A DNA stretch of 64,000 nt from Hemiscyllium ocellatum (Eukaryota): NCBI RefSeq assembly GCF_020745735.1, contig NC_083445.1, positions 8,866,001 through 8,930,000 of the forward strand. The letters run 5' to 3'. Below are positions 14,001-24,000 of this stretch, piece by piece. The translations under genes were made by a program, and so were the position numbers. The stretch's first letter is position 1. Each line of letters begins with the position of its first letter. The notes beneath the pieces are model-generated. The model made no database searches, was not told the origin of the DNA, and saw nothing but the letters and a program-made list of their open reading frames with translations.

Positions 14001-17000
14001 GTGGCAGATGGAGTTTAATTCAAATAAATGCGAGTTGCTGCATTTTGGGAAAGCAAATCTTAGCAGGACTTATACACTTAATGGAAAGGTCCTAGGGAGT
14101 GTTGCCGAACAAAGAGACCTTGGAGTGCAGGTTCATAGCTCCTTGAAAGTGGAGTCGCAAGTAGATAGGATAGTGAAGAAGGCGTTTGGTATGCTTTCCT
14201 TAATTGGGCAAAGCATTGAGTATAGGAGTTAGGAGGTCATGTCGTGGCTGTACAGGACATTGGTTAGGCCGCTGTTGGAATACTGCGTGCAATTCTGGTC
14301 TCCTTCCTATCGAAAGATGTTGTGAAACTTGTAAATCTTTTTTCTGAACCCTTTCAAGGATGTTGCCAGGTTCAGAGGATCTGAGCTACAGCGAGAGGAT
14401 GAACAGGCTGGGGCTGTTTTCGCTGGAGTGTCGGAGGCTGAGGGGTGACCGTACAGAGGTTTACAAAATTATGAGGGGCATGGATAAGATAGGATAAATA
14501 GACAAAGCCTTTTTCCAGAACTAGAGGGCATAGGTTTAGGGTGAGAGGGGAAAGACATAAAAGAGACCTAAGGGGCAACCTTTTCAAGCAGAGGGTGGTA
14601 CGTGTATGTAATGAGCTGCCAGAGGATGTGGAGGAGGCTGGTACAATTGCAACATTTAAGAGGCATTTGGATGTACATGAATAGGAAGGGTTTGGAGGGA
14701 TATGGGCCAAGTGCTGGCAAATGGAACTAGATTGGGTTGGGATATCTGGTCGGCATGGACAGGTTGGACCGAAGGGTCTATTTCCATGCTGTACATTTCT
14801 ATGACTCTATATGGGCAACCTTGAAAAATGACTATAGTGCCCTTTTATTGTCAAATCACCACACAAAAGATGAAACCGGTATTCCTCAAAGCTGGTCACA
14901 TCCTTCTGTAGGACGAACACTAAAGTCTACTTTTACACAATCCATAAATTTCCTTCAGAAGTATACTATTAATAAAAGAAAGACAAAAATTTTCCAATCC
15001 AGATTTGACAGAAACCCCTCTGATAGCAAAATCTGAAAAAGGATAAAAGTTTTTTTCCCAGTAATATACCCGATTGAATGACATTAAAAAATAACCAATT
15101 AAATTTGGTCACAAGTTTCAGCAATTTGGAAGGCACATAGAATATTAAGCGCAAGGCTGTACAAGGAAAAGGAATGCAAAAACAGAAAATACTGAAGAAA
15201 CACAGATCGGACAGAATCTCTGGTGAGAGAAACTGTTAACATTTGCAACCCAATCTGACTCTTCCGCGGAAGAAGGAATTGATCTCAAAACATTGACACC
15301 ATTCCTTACACCACAAATGTTACCAGACCTGAACTTCTCCAGCACTTCATTTTTCAGAACGCCAACATCCACTGCATTTTACTTTTACAAAAGTGTTTTA
15401 CAGAAGTGAAACTAAGGCTCAACAAACTGATTGCTGAAATTTAGGCTGCCCCAACTGAATGATTTGAGTAGAACAAGCCAGTATTGCTTTGGCATTTAGT
15501 GATATGATTTCATTAAAATAGAAAAGTTTACTCACAGGACTCAATGCATTGGATACTGAAGTTGTGCCTCATTAATAGTGAGTGACAAGTATTTACAATG
15601 TACTGTCTTAATATGGTGACGAGAGGTTCAATTAAGACATACAAAAAGGTAATTGGTTACCTAAAAAAAAAAGAATGCGCAGGGCTAAAGGACAAAAGGT
15701 GGGGGTGGAAGAGGGACACTAACTCAACTAGTGCTTCAAAGAACTCATGTAACCATGATGTGGGAACGATGTCCTTCTATGCTGTGAACATTCTACAATC
15801 CTTGGTTGGAAAGTCAAAAACTAGGTAGCATAACCTCACAATAAGGAGGCAACCACTTTAAACAGAGAAATCTCTCACTTGTGGGGATCTTGACTTATGG
15901 AATTCAACATGCCTTCAACATAAATATAGTCAGCTTGACTATATTCAAAACTGAAATTGACAGATTGTCACACAGTTGAATCAGCATAGAAGATCAGCCA
16001 CATTCACTTTGAAAGATTGAGAAAGCACAAAAAAAAGTGAATGATCTAAACCTGTTCCCTTTGCTTCATTTTCAATCCATGAGGCTAATGCAAGAAAGTG
16101 AGACTGAAGCAGAAGATAAACTGTAACCTGGTTGAATGGTGGAGTAGGTCTGAGGGGGGATAGTCTTCTCTAGTTCCTTTTGCTTATGTGAAATGAAAGT
16201 TATGCATAGACAGATGTGATGTAGGCAAGTATATTAGAGTCAGAGAGATGTATAGCATGGAAACAGATCCTTCCATCCAAGCTGACCCAGATATCCCGAC
16301 TAATCTAGTCCCACCTGCCAGCACCCGACCCATAATCCGCCAAACTCTTCCTATTCATATACCCATCCAAACGCCTCTTAAAATGTTGCAATTGTACCAC
16401 TTCCTCTGGCAACTTATTCCATACCTGTACCACCCTCTGTGTGAAAAGGTTGCCCCTTAGGTCTCTTAAAAAAAACCTGAAAAACTAAATATTCCAGAGC
16501 AGCACATTAAGCCCAAGTGTCCAAAGCTCCAATTTAACTATACACACCACAATGTGCTTGCTGAAGGAGGGTCACTAGCTTCGAACCTTTAACTCTACTT
16601 CTCTGCACAACTTAACTCGGACACCGTGCTGAGGAACACCTGCCGATTTTAAACGTAGCCATTGACTGCACTCATCAGCAGAAAAGAAGGAGACCTTCGT
16701 AAACACAGTAACAAGTATAATTCATTGGAGTTGGGACACTCATGGCACAGTGGCAGTATCCCTGCTTACTGAGCCAGGACCCGTGTTCATTTCCCACCTT
16801 CTCCAGAGGCAGCTCTTTTTAGGTTAATACAGGCAAGATCTAACATGCTGAAGTTAGTGGGTAAAGGTGGTCTCTCCTCGCTTATTACCTGCACGTGGTT
16901 TTGCCCACGCCTCCTTTCCCACCCACAAAGATCCACTTGAGGGACTTCTGCTCGATAATATTGGACAGGGTCGGTTCCAGGGGCTCCACGTCTATGGCAT

Positions 17001-17037
17001 CCTCGAACTCCTCGTCCATCGCCGCCGCCGCCGCCAT
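4917..17037 (-). CDS. GET3: GET3/ASNA1 (TRC40) tail-anchored protein insertion ATPase, complete 7-exon CDS: join(17037-16889,13689-13542,12293-12145,9249-9099,7766-7659,6625-6425,5045-4917), 1035 nt, 344 aa
   Basis: Spliced translation gives deviant Walker [13 protein letters not shown], switch I STDPAHN, switch [15 protein letters not shown], Met-rich groove and CKMC zinc motif. All introns are GT-AG and phases are consistent. Confidence 0.98.
6425..6625 (-). CDS. GET3: GET3 exon 6 ([67 protein letters not shown])
   Basis: Acceptor tttcacAG, donor CAG|GTAATG, 201 nt; CxxC dimer zinc motif. Confidence 0.97.
6991..7442. mobile_element. Non-autonomous Tc1/mariner (pogo/Tigger-like) MITE in GET3 intron 5
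   Basis: TA TSDs (6989-6990, 7443-7444); TIRs CAGGGGAACCTCGATTATCTGAA / CAGAGGAACTTTGATTATCTGAA; subterminal (c/g)gataat repeats. Confidence 0.88.
7659..7766 (-). CDS. GET3: GET3 exon 5 ([36 protein letters not shown])
   Basis: Acceptor tttcAG, donor CCG|GTAATT, 108 nt. Confidence 0.96.
8170..8560 (+). mobile_element. CR1-type LINE 3' fragment
   Basis: Decayed RT C-terminus ([26 protein letters not shown]) and cctgctcctaattcctatg tail. Confidence 0.75.
9099..9249 (-). CDS. GET3: GET3 exon 4 ([50 protein letters not shown])
   Basis: Acceptor ttttacAG, donor CAG|GTAGCA, 151 nt; switch II DTAPTG. Not in the ORF track. Confidence 0.96.
11505..12125 (+). mobile_element. Rex1/Babar-type LINE 3' fragment, antisense in GET3 intron 3
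   Basis: KFLGVTI..KLSWS and [11 protein letters not shown]...[14 protein letters not shown] remnants; ends at AATAAA. Confidence 0.75.
12145..12293 (-). CDS. GET3: GET3 exon 3 ([50 protein letters not shown])
   Basis: Acceptor catgcAG, donor AG|GTAATG, 149 nt. Confidence 0.97.
13542..13689 (-). CDS. GET3: GET3 exon 2 ([49 protein letters not shown])
   Basis: Acceptor ttttccaaatAG, donor ATG|GTGAGT, 148 nt. Confidence 0.97.
13986..14811 (+). mobile_element. Young HER1/CR1 LINE, 5'-truncated
   Basis: [20 protein letters not shown]...[16 protein letters not shown]-terminus; tail ttccatgctgtacatttctatgactctat. Confidence 0.92.
16238..16467 (-). mobile_element. HER1/CR1 LINE 3' fragment
   Basis: Reverse complement of the 14570-14811 tail region. 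Confidence 0.88.
16889..17037 (-). CDS. GET3: GET3 exon 1 ([50 protein letters not shown])
   Basis: ATG at 17037 in GAGATGGCG context; P-loop; donor AG|GTAATA; 149 nt. Not in the ORF track. Confidence 0.96.
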
Positions 17038-17763
17038 CTCGGGAGGTACCACGTGACCGAGAATTGATAGAGAGAAAGAATCACCCTACTGGGAACGTCT
17101 CAATTTATTTGTAGCTAATAATTAAAAACACGATCATCTCACGAGCGGGCTATTTTAACGCCATCGAAAGCAGAGTTAAGGCAGGGGTATTTTTCCTCAC
17201 ATTCGAGATATTCCGCACCTCGAAACTCCACGTATTGCCCCCTTCCCACCGCCTTCCATCTTCGACACTGATTGGTCCAGCGCCGTTTTAGTAAAACGCG
17301 TTCCGATTGGTTCGGTTGCACATTTCAATCGATATCCTCTTTTAGAACGGGCACCTGCACGCTCCCTGATCATTAAATTTGAAATGTTACGATTCGTTGT
17401 CATTGAAATTTGTTTTTGTTTCGGCTGAGGTGGGGTGAGGAAAGGGAAATATTTGGGGCGGTTTAAAGTTCAGTCATGCGCAGTTGTCGCCTATTCCAAA
17501 ATATCTGGGGGGGGGGTGTTCCTCGACACCACCTTCTTTGGAGAGGAAAATGAGGCGGCTGGCCCCGTTTTCTTGTTGATGCAGTGATTTGTTTAAGTTT
17601 GAGGGTGTAGATTTGTTCAGGCGGTTGTTTTTTAACCTCTCCACTCCTATTTCCACACACATACACACCACTCCCCCCCCCCCCCCCCCGACCCAGGCCC
17701 ACTCCGCCCCCAGAAGCCTTGGCGGTCTCGCCTCTCCTCCCCCCCTCCTCCCCCCCTCCCAAG
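17038..17763. promoter_or_regulatory. Bidirectional CpG-island promoter shared by GET3 and TRIR
   Basis: CpG-rich 16880-18100. Motifs: E-box CACGTGAC 17050-17057; two ATTGG (NF-Y) boxes at 17271 and 17306; TTTGAA (CHR-like) 17378-17383; poly-C/G runs; YY1-type motifs over both start codons. Confidence 0.85.
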
Positions 17764-18039
17764 ATGGCGGAGAGGCGGAGGAACCGCGAAGTTTCTGGAA
17801 GCTCCGAGCCGAGCGAAGCGGACGGTGGCTCGGAGAGCAAAGGGGTGAACGCCTTCGCCAACGATGGCAGCTTCATGGCACTTTTCAAGAAGAAGATGGA
17901 GGAGGAGAGGCTGAGGAGCGAAGGGGGAGCCGCGCCGAGCGGCGGGGACATAGACAATGGAGGCAAGAGGAGTGTGGCCGCTGGCCAGGAGCAAAGTGCT
18001 GAGGCCCAGAGCGACAGGAAGAAAAGCGTGCTGAATATT
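17764..18039 (+). CDS. TRIR: TRIR exon 1 (MAERRRNRE...KKSVLNI)
   Basis: CAAGATGGCG start context; donor ATT|GTAAGA; 276 nt. Confidence 0.93.
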
Positions 18040-21000
18040 GTAAGAGCGAGAGATTTTGCTCTCAATTTGCCTCCTGGTTAACGAGCAGGGCTGGGGAATT
18101 GGTGAAAGATGCCGTTAGTTCATTGCCCTCCCCTCCCGTCACCACAAAAAAGAAATGTTATCCACTATCTTGACATAAATTAGATTGTTTCCTTCGTTCG
18201 ACAGTATTAGCAGCAATATGTACAGTCATAACTCTCACAAAGCAATGCCCCCTGTTCTGTTGCCTGGGTTTATACACTTATTCCATCCTTCCTTCAACAA
18301 TGTCAGGAGAAATGCCTACAGTCTTACAAAATAATGCTACCTGCTCTTTTGCCTAAGTTTACAGATTTGATTATTTCATTCATTCAACAGTGTTAGAGGC
18401 AATGCATTATTTTGCACTTTTTAAAAAAATCATACTGCTACCACCCCTCCCACTCTTGCCTGAATTTACAGATTGGTTCCTTGCATCATTATTATGTTAT
18501 ATGTACATCCCTTTAATTTTACAAAACAATACTTGTTCTTTTGCTTGAATTTGCTGATTGACTCCTTCCATCATTCATCAGTGTTAGGGACAATATATAT
18601 AGTTTTATTTTACATAAAAGTATGCTGCCCCTGTCTTGTCTGAATTTATAGATTGATTCATTCATTTACTGGCTATAAGAGTGATCATAGAGATGTACAG
18701 CATGGAAACAGACTCTTCAGTCCAACCTGTCCATGCTGACCAGATATCCCAACCCAATCTAGTCCCACCTGCCAGCACTCGGCCCATATCCCTCCAAACC
18801 CTTCCTATTCATATACCAATCCAAATGCCTCTTAAATGTTGCAATTGTACCAGCCTCCACCACTTCCTCTGGCAGCTCACTCCATACGCGTATCACCTTC
18901 TGCATGAAAAAGTTGTCCCTTAGGTCTCTTTCATATCTTTCCCCTCTCAAACTAAACCTATGCCTTCTAGTTCTGGACTCCCTGACCCCAGGGAAAAGAC
19001 TTTGTCTATTTATTCTATCCTATCCATGCCCCTCATAATTTTGTAAAGCTCTATAAGGTCGCCCCTCAGCCTCCAACAGTGATGTAGGACTTTTTTTAAA
19101 ACAAAAGAAACAAAGTATAATTTTTGTCATTAAATCCTGAGCCCTGAATTTTTGCTTTTAGAGAAAACTCAGCTAAGTATTGTTTATCTGAAAATACAGG
19201 GCCCTGTCATCATCTGAAAAGGCAAAGTTTCTTGATTTGCAGATGTGACTCCCTGAGAGCGAGGATTAATGGATTGGCATCTTGTGCCACTGATATTCCA
19301 GTGGGTAGTGTTTCCCCTGTTGGGTCGGGCATTCAAGACTTTGAGCCTCATTATAGTAAATTTATGTATTCTAACATAATGTTTCAATTTTGAGATTAAA
19401 TGTTCAACCTTACTGAATAAGCAGAGACGCTGTAAATTAATGGCCTTTAATTACGGGAGCTTGGGAAAAGTAAAATTTTGGGATTTGCACATTCAAATCT
19501 CTGAAAATGGGAGGACAGATTGATGAAATTTAATGTAACCCTGGACTTTCTAATTGGACACTGGAATCATTGGTTCACTACTGACTTTGTATGTTGCCTC
19601 CAATTCCTGAATATACACCATCGCAAAGATATCAAAATCAAAGATATTTTGAAACATAATACATACACATTTTTCTTCTGAAATATTGGCTGACCTGTAC
19701 ATTTCCAGAATTGTTTGAATTTAAACATAAAGCATTATTTACATTAAATCTTTGCTTACTCTCATTCAATCATAAGAATTTTAAAGCAATTCTCATATGT
19801 TTGCAAATGTTGTGTCTCTGGCAGACTTAATTTAGGGACAATTGGTCATTTTCCGTATGACCTTGTGTTCTTAAGAACCTTTTTTTATTGCTAAGGATGC
19901 TAAATCTCTTAAAATGCATCCATTAAATTTAAATTAATGATACTAAATATAAAGTTAATGAGGTTGAAGAACATAAGTAGTGATAGTAAAGGAATAAGTC
20001 ATATACTCCTTTTAAAAATCCCGAAAATTAACGAAGTTCGAGCAGCCGAAAATTTTTTTAAAAACGTAAATTCACAAATCTCGGGAGATCAATTTTGTCT
20101 TACTTCAGAGATCAACGAAGCTCGGGAGATAGAAGTTTTTTTTAAACCCAGACACTAACAAAGCTTGGGAATTCAGATTTCAACCCTCCCCTCAGAATTC
20201 AGCAACTTTTCGAAGACTACCGTCTGCACTCTGCCTGTATTCCTGATGAAGGGCTTTTGCCCGAAACCTCAATTTTCCTACTCCTCGGATGCTGCCTGAA
20301 CTGCTGTGCTTTCCCAGCATCACTCTAATCCAAACTCCTTTAAGTCTGCTTTATAATTCTAAATGATTACAACTGACCTTTTCAGTGTCCTAGTAGTTCT
20401 TAATTCCTATTCAAAACTCCATTGATCTGTCATAAATGAACTTGATAACTGAGCAACCACAGCCATATGGCAAAAAGAATTGTGTCCACTTGGCCTGGAT
20501 GTGTCTAATAGAAACAATTGTTCATATATGTTTATTGAATCTCATGTTAAAACACTTAGATTATAAGTCAGTCTTCAAAATAAAGAAGCCAAGTTTGGTC
20601 TACCCTCAGTACCTTCACTTCTGAATTCGGAATAATGTAAAGGCAAACACTATTGTTATTTCCATTTCCTCTTTTGTAATTGTACACCAACCTTGTGGTT
20701 CCTGTATATGAACATTTAAATGCCATTTTCCCATTGCTTCTCTCACCATTAAGAAACAGAGTGAAATTCCATACTACAAGTTGTCGTTCCAATGTAAAGA
20801 CTGCAACACTAGTGCTTTGTCAGATTACCTTAAATATTTACTGCAGAGGGGCCTCTGACAGCATCCTCAATACCTATCATCCACAACCTGGTAAAGCTTC
20901 CTAAATTTTTAAATAAAATAATTATAGTTGCTGATCGAGGAGCTCGTAACCACTTTTTTCTCAGAACTGCTTCTATTACCTTTGTTGTCATGATGATATT

Positions 21001-24000
21001 GAGAACGTTACACCATTCCACATGGATTTTGTTAGTTGCAAATCTGAAAGTTCCCTTTTGTGCTCTTTGAGAGACTTCTCAGTTTATTTTACTTAATGAA
21101 AAAAAAATCTTCTGGTTGTAAAAGTGCGTGTTTGATATCCTGGTTTACGTGGTCCAGTGACATTCTGATATTTTATATTAGAAATGTAAGTACTTGGACA
21201 AGACATTTATTTCTACTGCAAAAAGAATGTGTTGGGCTTTTTGGGGTCTAGCCCATACTGTTGAGGCAAAAATATCTTTTTCCCACTGGATATGGTCAGA
21301 ATCATATGAGAAATGCGTCAGGCAGTCTCAACCAGTTCCAAATGATACTAATTCTGTGGATACCTGATGAAGGGCTCTGGCCCGAAACGTCGAATTTCCT
21401 GTTCCTTGGATGCTGCCTGACCTGCTGTGCTTTAACCAGCAACACATTTTCAGCTCTGATCTCCAGCATCTGCAGACTTCACTTTTTACTCAAATGATAC
21501 TAATTGGCAACATGACTAATGTTTGACCTGCGATAGATTAATCCAGGCTGGAAAGAGACCTTTTTGGTCAAACTTCTCCAGCACTGGATCTGGGAGCATT
21601 TAATGCTGACAGTAAATTCCTGAAACATAGTTCCATTCTCCAGCACTAATACATCATGTAATAACTCAAAAGCACTTGCAAAAATAATAAAGAATGTATG
21701 TTCTGCCACTCCATTCTTGTTAGTGTGATGCTGGGATGGGTGAGGAAGAGAATAGTAACATCAGAATGTTAGTGCTACAATTAAGAGTGCATCTACTCTC
21801 TTGTTTTTGAAGTCCAAATTCAGTGCCCAATTGACCCAGCACAGTTTCCTTTCAGCTTGGCAGTCACAACCAATTCATACTGAAGTGTGAGTGCAGCGTT
21901 CATTTTTGTTTTCACAGAAGCACATGCTGTATGACTCTAAGAGCAGTGTCAGACTCGGCGACTTTATCAATTTGAGAATAAACAACAGTACCACAGTTGA
22001 TTGAGGAACAAATGAGAAGAGAAATTAGTTTCTGTAGCAGATGACCTCTCATTAGTTGAAGGTTAAAGACATGTCTCTGAAAATCTTGTACAGGAAGACT
22101 GCTTGATCCCAATTCTGATTTCATTGAGGGAACTGATGTATGTGAGGGAATGAGTTTTGTATTCTCAGTTCTTCAGGTCGCCCTTTTCGTAGCTTGTATA
22201 ATGCGTTTCTCTTAATATTTTATTAAAGTAGATTCCCGCATAGGTTCATTTCCAGAAATTTTGGTTTAAATTACATTCCTGAACAATTATATCTTCAGAG
22301 CTTAAACGTCCTTTTCACATTGACAGAGAAATTCTCTTGTGGAGTAAACATTCAATTTCTAGTTAGTGCTTGATAGTAATATTAGCTCAGTGTTAGCATA
22401 ATTATATCTGACTATCTTATCCCAACAAGTTGTACAACTACAAGAAGACTTTTCAGACCAAAGCTAGTTTGAAAATTACTATTGGTGCTGTCTTAGATAA
22501 CAATATTCAGATGCTCAGTTTTAAAAACTACATCTTCAAGGATTTCTGTTGTACCCTGATATGAAATTATTTTGGTGTTTGTTAGATAAGCCAAGTCATA
22601 TTGTATAATATTATACTTTGGTCATTTTATTTCCCAGTTTAGTTGGATTTCAGTTTACAAATGTATCTATAAACAGACCATGGGTCTAATTTTGAACACC
22701 TAGAAGTGATTGTTAGAAATGGCACTGGTGCTGTAAGTGATGTTGAATCAGTAACTCAAAGTTGCATTAGATCTGTGTTTATTGATACTTGATTTTCAGC
22801 AGACTGCACAATGTGTCATGTCCCTTTTAATGAGTGTGGTTTCACATAGTTTGCCATAAATGTTATTTTCCAAATGTTCCTGTTTCACTTGAGTAAAGTG
22901 TAATCATGGAAGAAAGTAACTGAAAATCTGAAATAAATATTAGGGACAGCCAGCAGTTCAATTCGCATTAGAATAAGCTTTTATTATTTTATTCAGGGTG
23001 TATCTGTCTTCTGACCAAGTTGGTGCTTTCTAACTTTTTTGCCTCTTTTATTCTCTCTTTGACATGAAAGTTTAGCTGTAATAACTAATGGGTCCATCCT
23101 TCTGCTTACTATGAGCTTTGTAATATATTTGATCGTATTTATAAATTAGCAATTTAAATATTATTTCACTATCCTACCATGTTGGCAAATCAAAGGTTTC
23201 TCTCTGTTAGTTTTACTTCTGCCTTAATTTCAAAACTAAAAAATGGTGAGTAGCTGGAATATATTGCGACGAACCAGGCCAGACGCCCTCAAAATATTTC
23301 AACAAGGTAGTCTAGACCCTAATGTTTTCTTTTAATAGTAGATTGGAAGTGGGTATTCCAGGTGTGATTCAACTGGTCAAACCACTTTGCTTTAAGCAAA
23401 ACAGATTTTATGTAAACCCTATACTTGAAACATGAACAAAAGAAAGCAGAATTTAGAATAACTTAACTATTGGAAAACGTAACTTACCCAATATAGCAAC
23501 TGAACTAATGAACTGTTCCAGTTTAGTTACATCCCATAAACACATCCCTTGGCAAAAAGCTAAATTCAAACACAGATTCTTACAGACAGGAAGAAACAAC
23601 ATCCAGAGAGATTTCAGAGAAAGTCAGTTAGGAATCATTGCTGAAGCTTGCAACCCTTCTGGCCTCCTGCATCTTGTGACTGCTGCACCTTCAAAACGAT
23701 AGAAAACTGGGAGAACTGGCCACTCTCCTTCTATTGTTAAGCTGTTTTAGCTTTCCAGCACCCTAGACTTTTTGGTACTTCTGCCTTTACAATCTTTCTT
23801 TTCAAAGAAAAGGACAAAATAATCTTTTTTAAAGTGACAGTATCGTCACAATATATAGCGGCAGAGCAGACCTGTCCTGATACTATATTCTGTCAATTTA
23901 AATACAGAACTGCTTGGGCAATGCTTCTCTCATAATTTTTGAGTGTAGATTTGAACTTCTGTAACTTTGAAAGCATTTGGGATTATTTTGTATTGAAGTT

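Noticed and set aside
17719-17763. N-terminal extension of TRIR given in the ORF track (MAVSPLLPP...)
   Set aside because: Starts at TTG; the ATG at 17764 has strong context and matches the family N-terminus.
17463-18065. 200-aa minus-strand ORF and other overlapping ORFs at TRIR exon 1
   Set aside because: Antisense or alternate-frame shadows of a GC-rich exon with poly-C runs; no recognisable domain.
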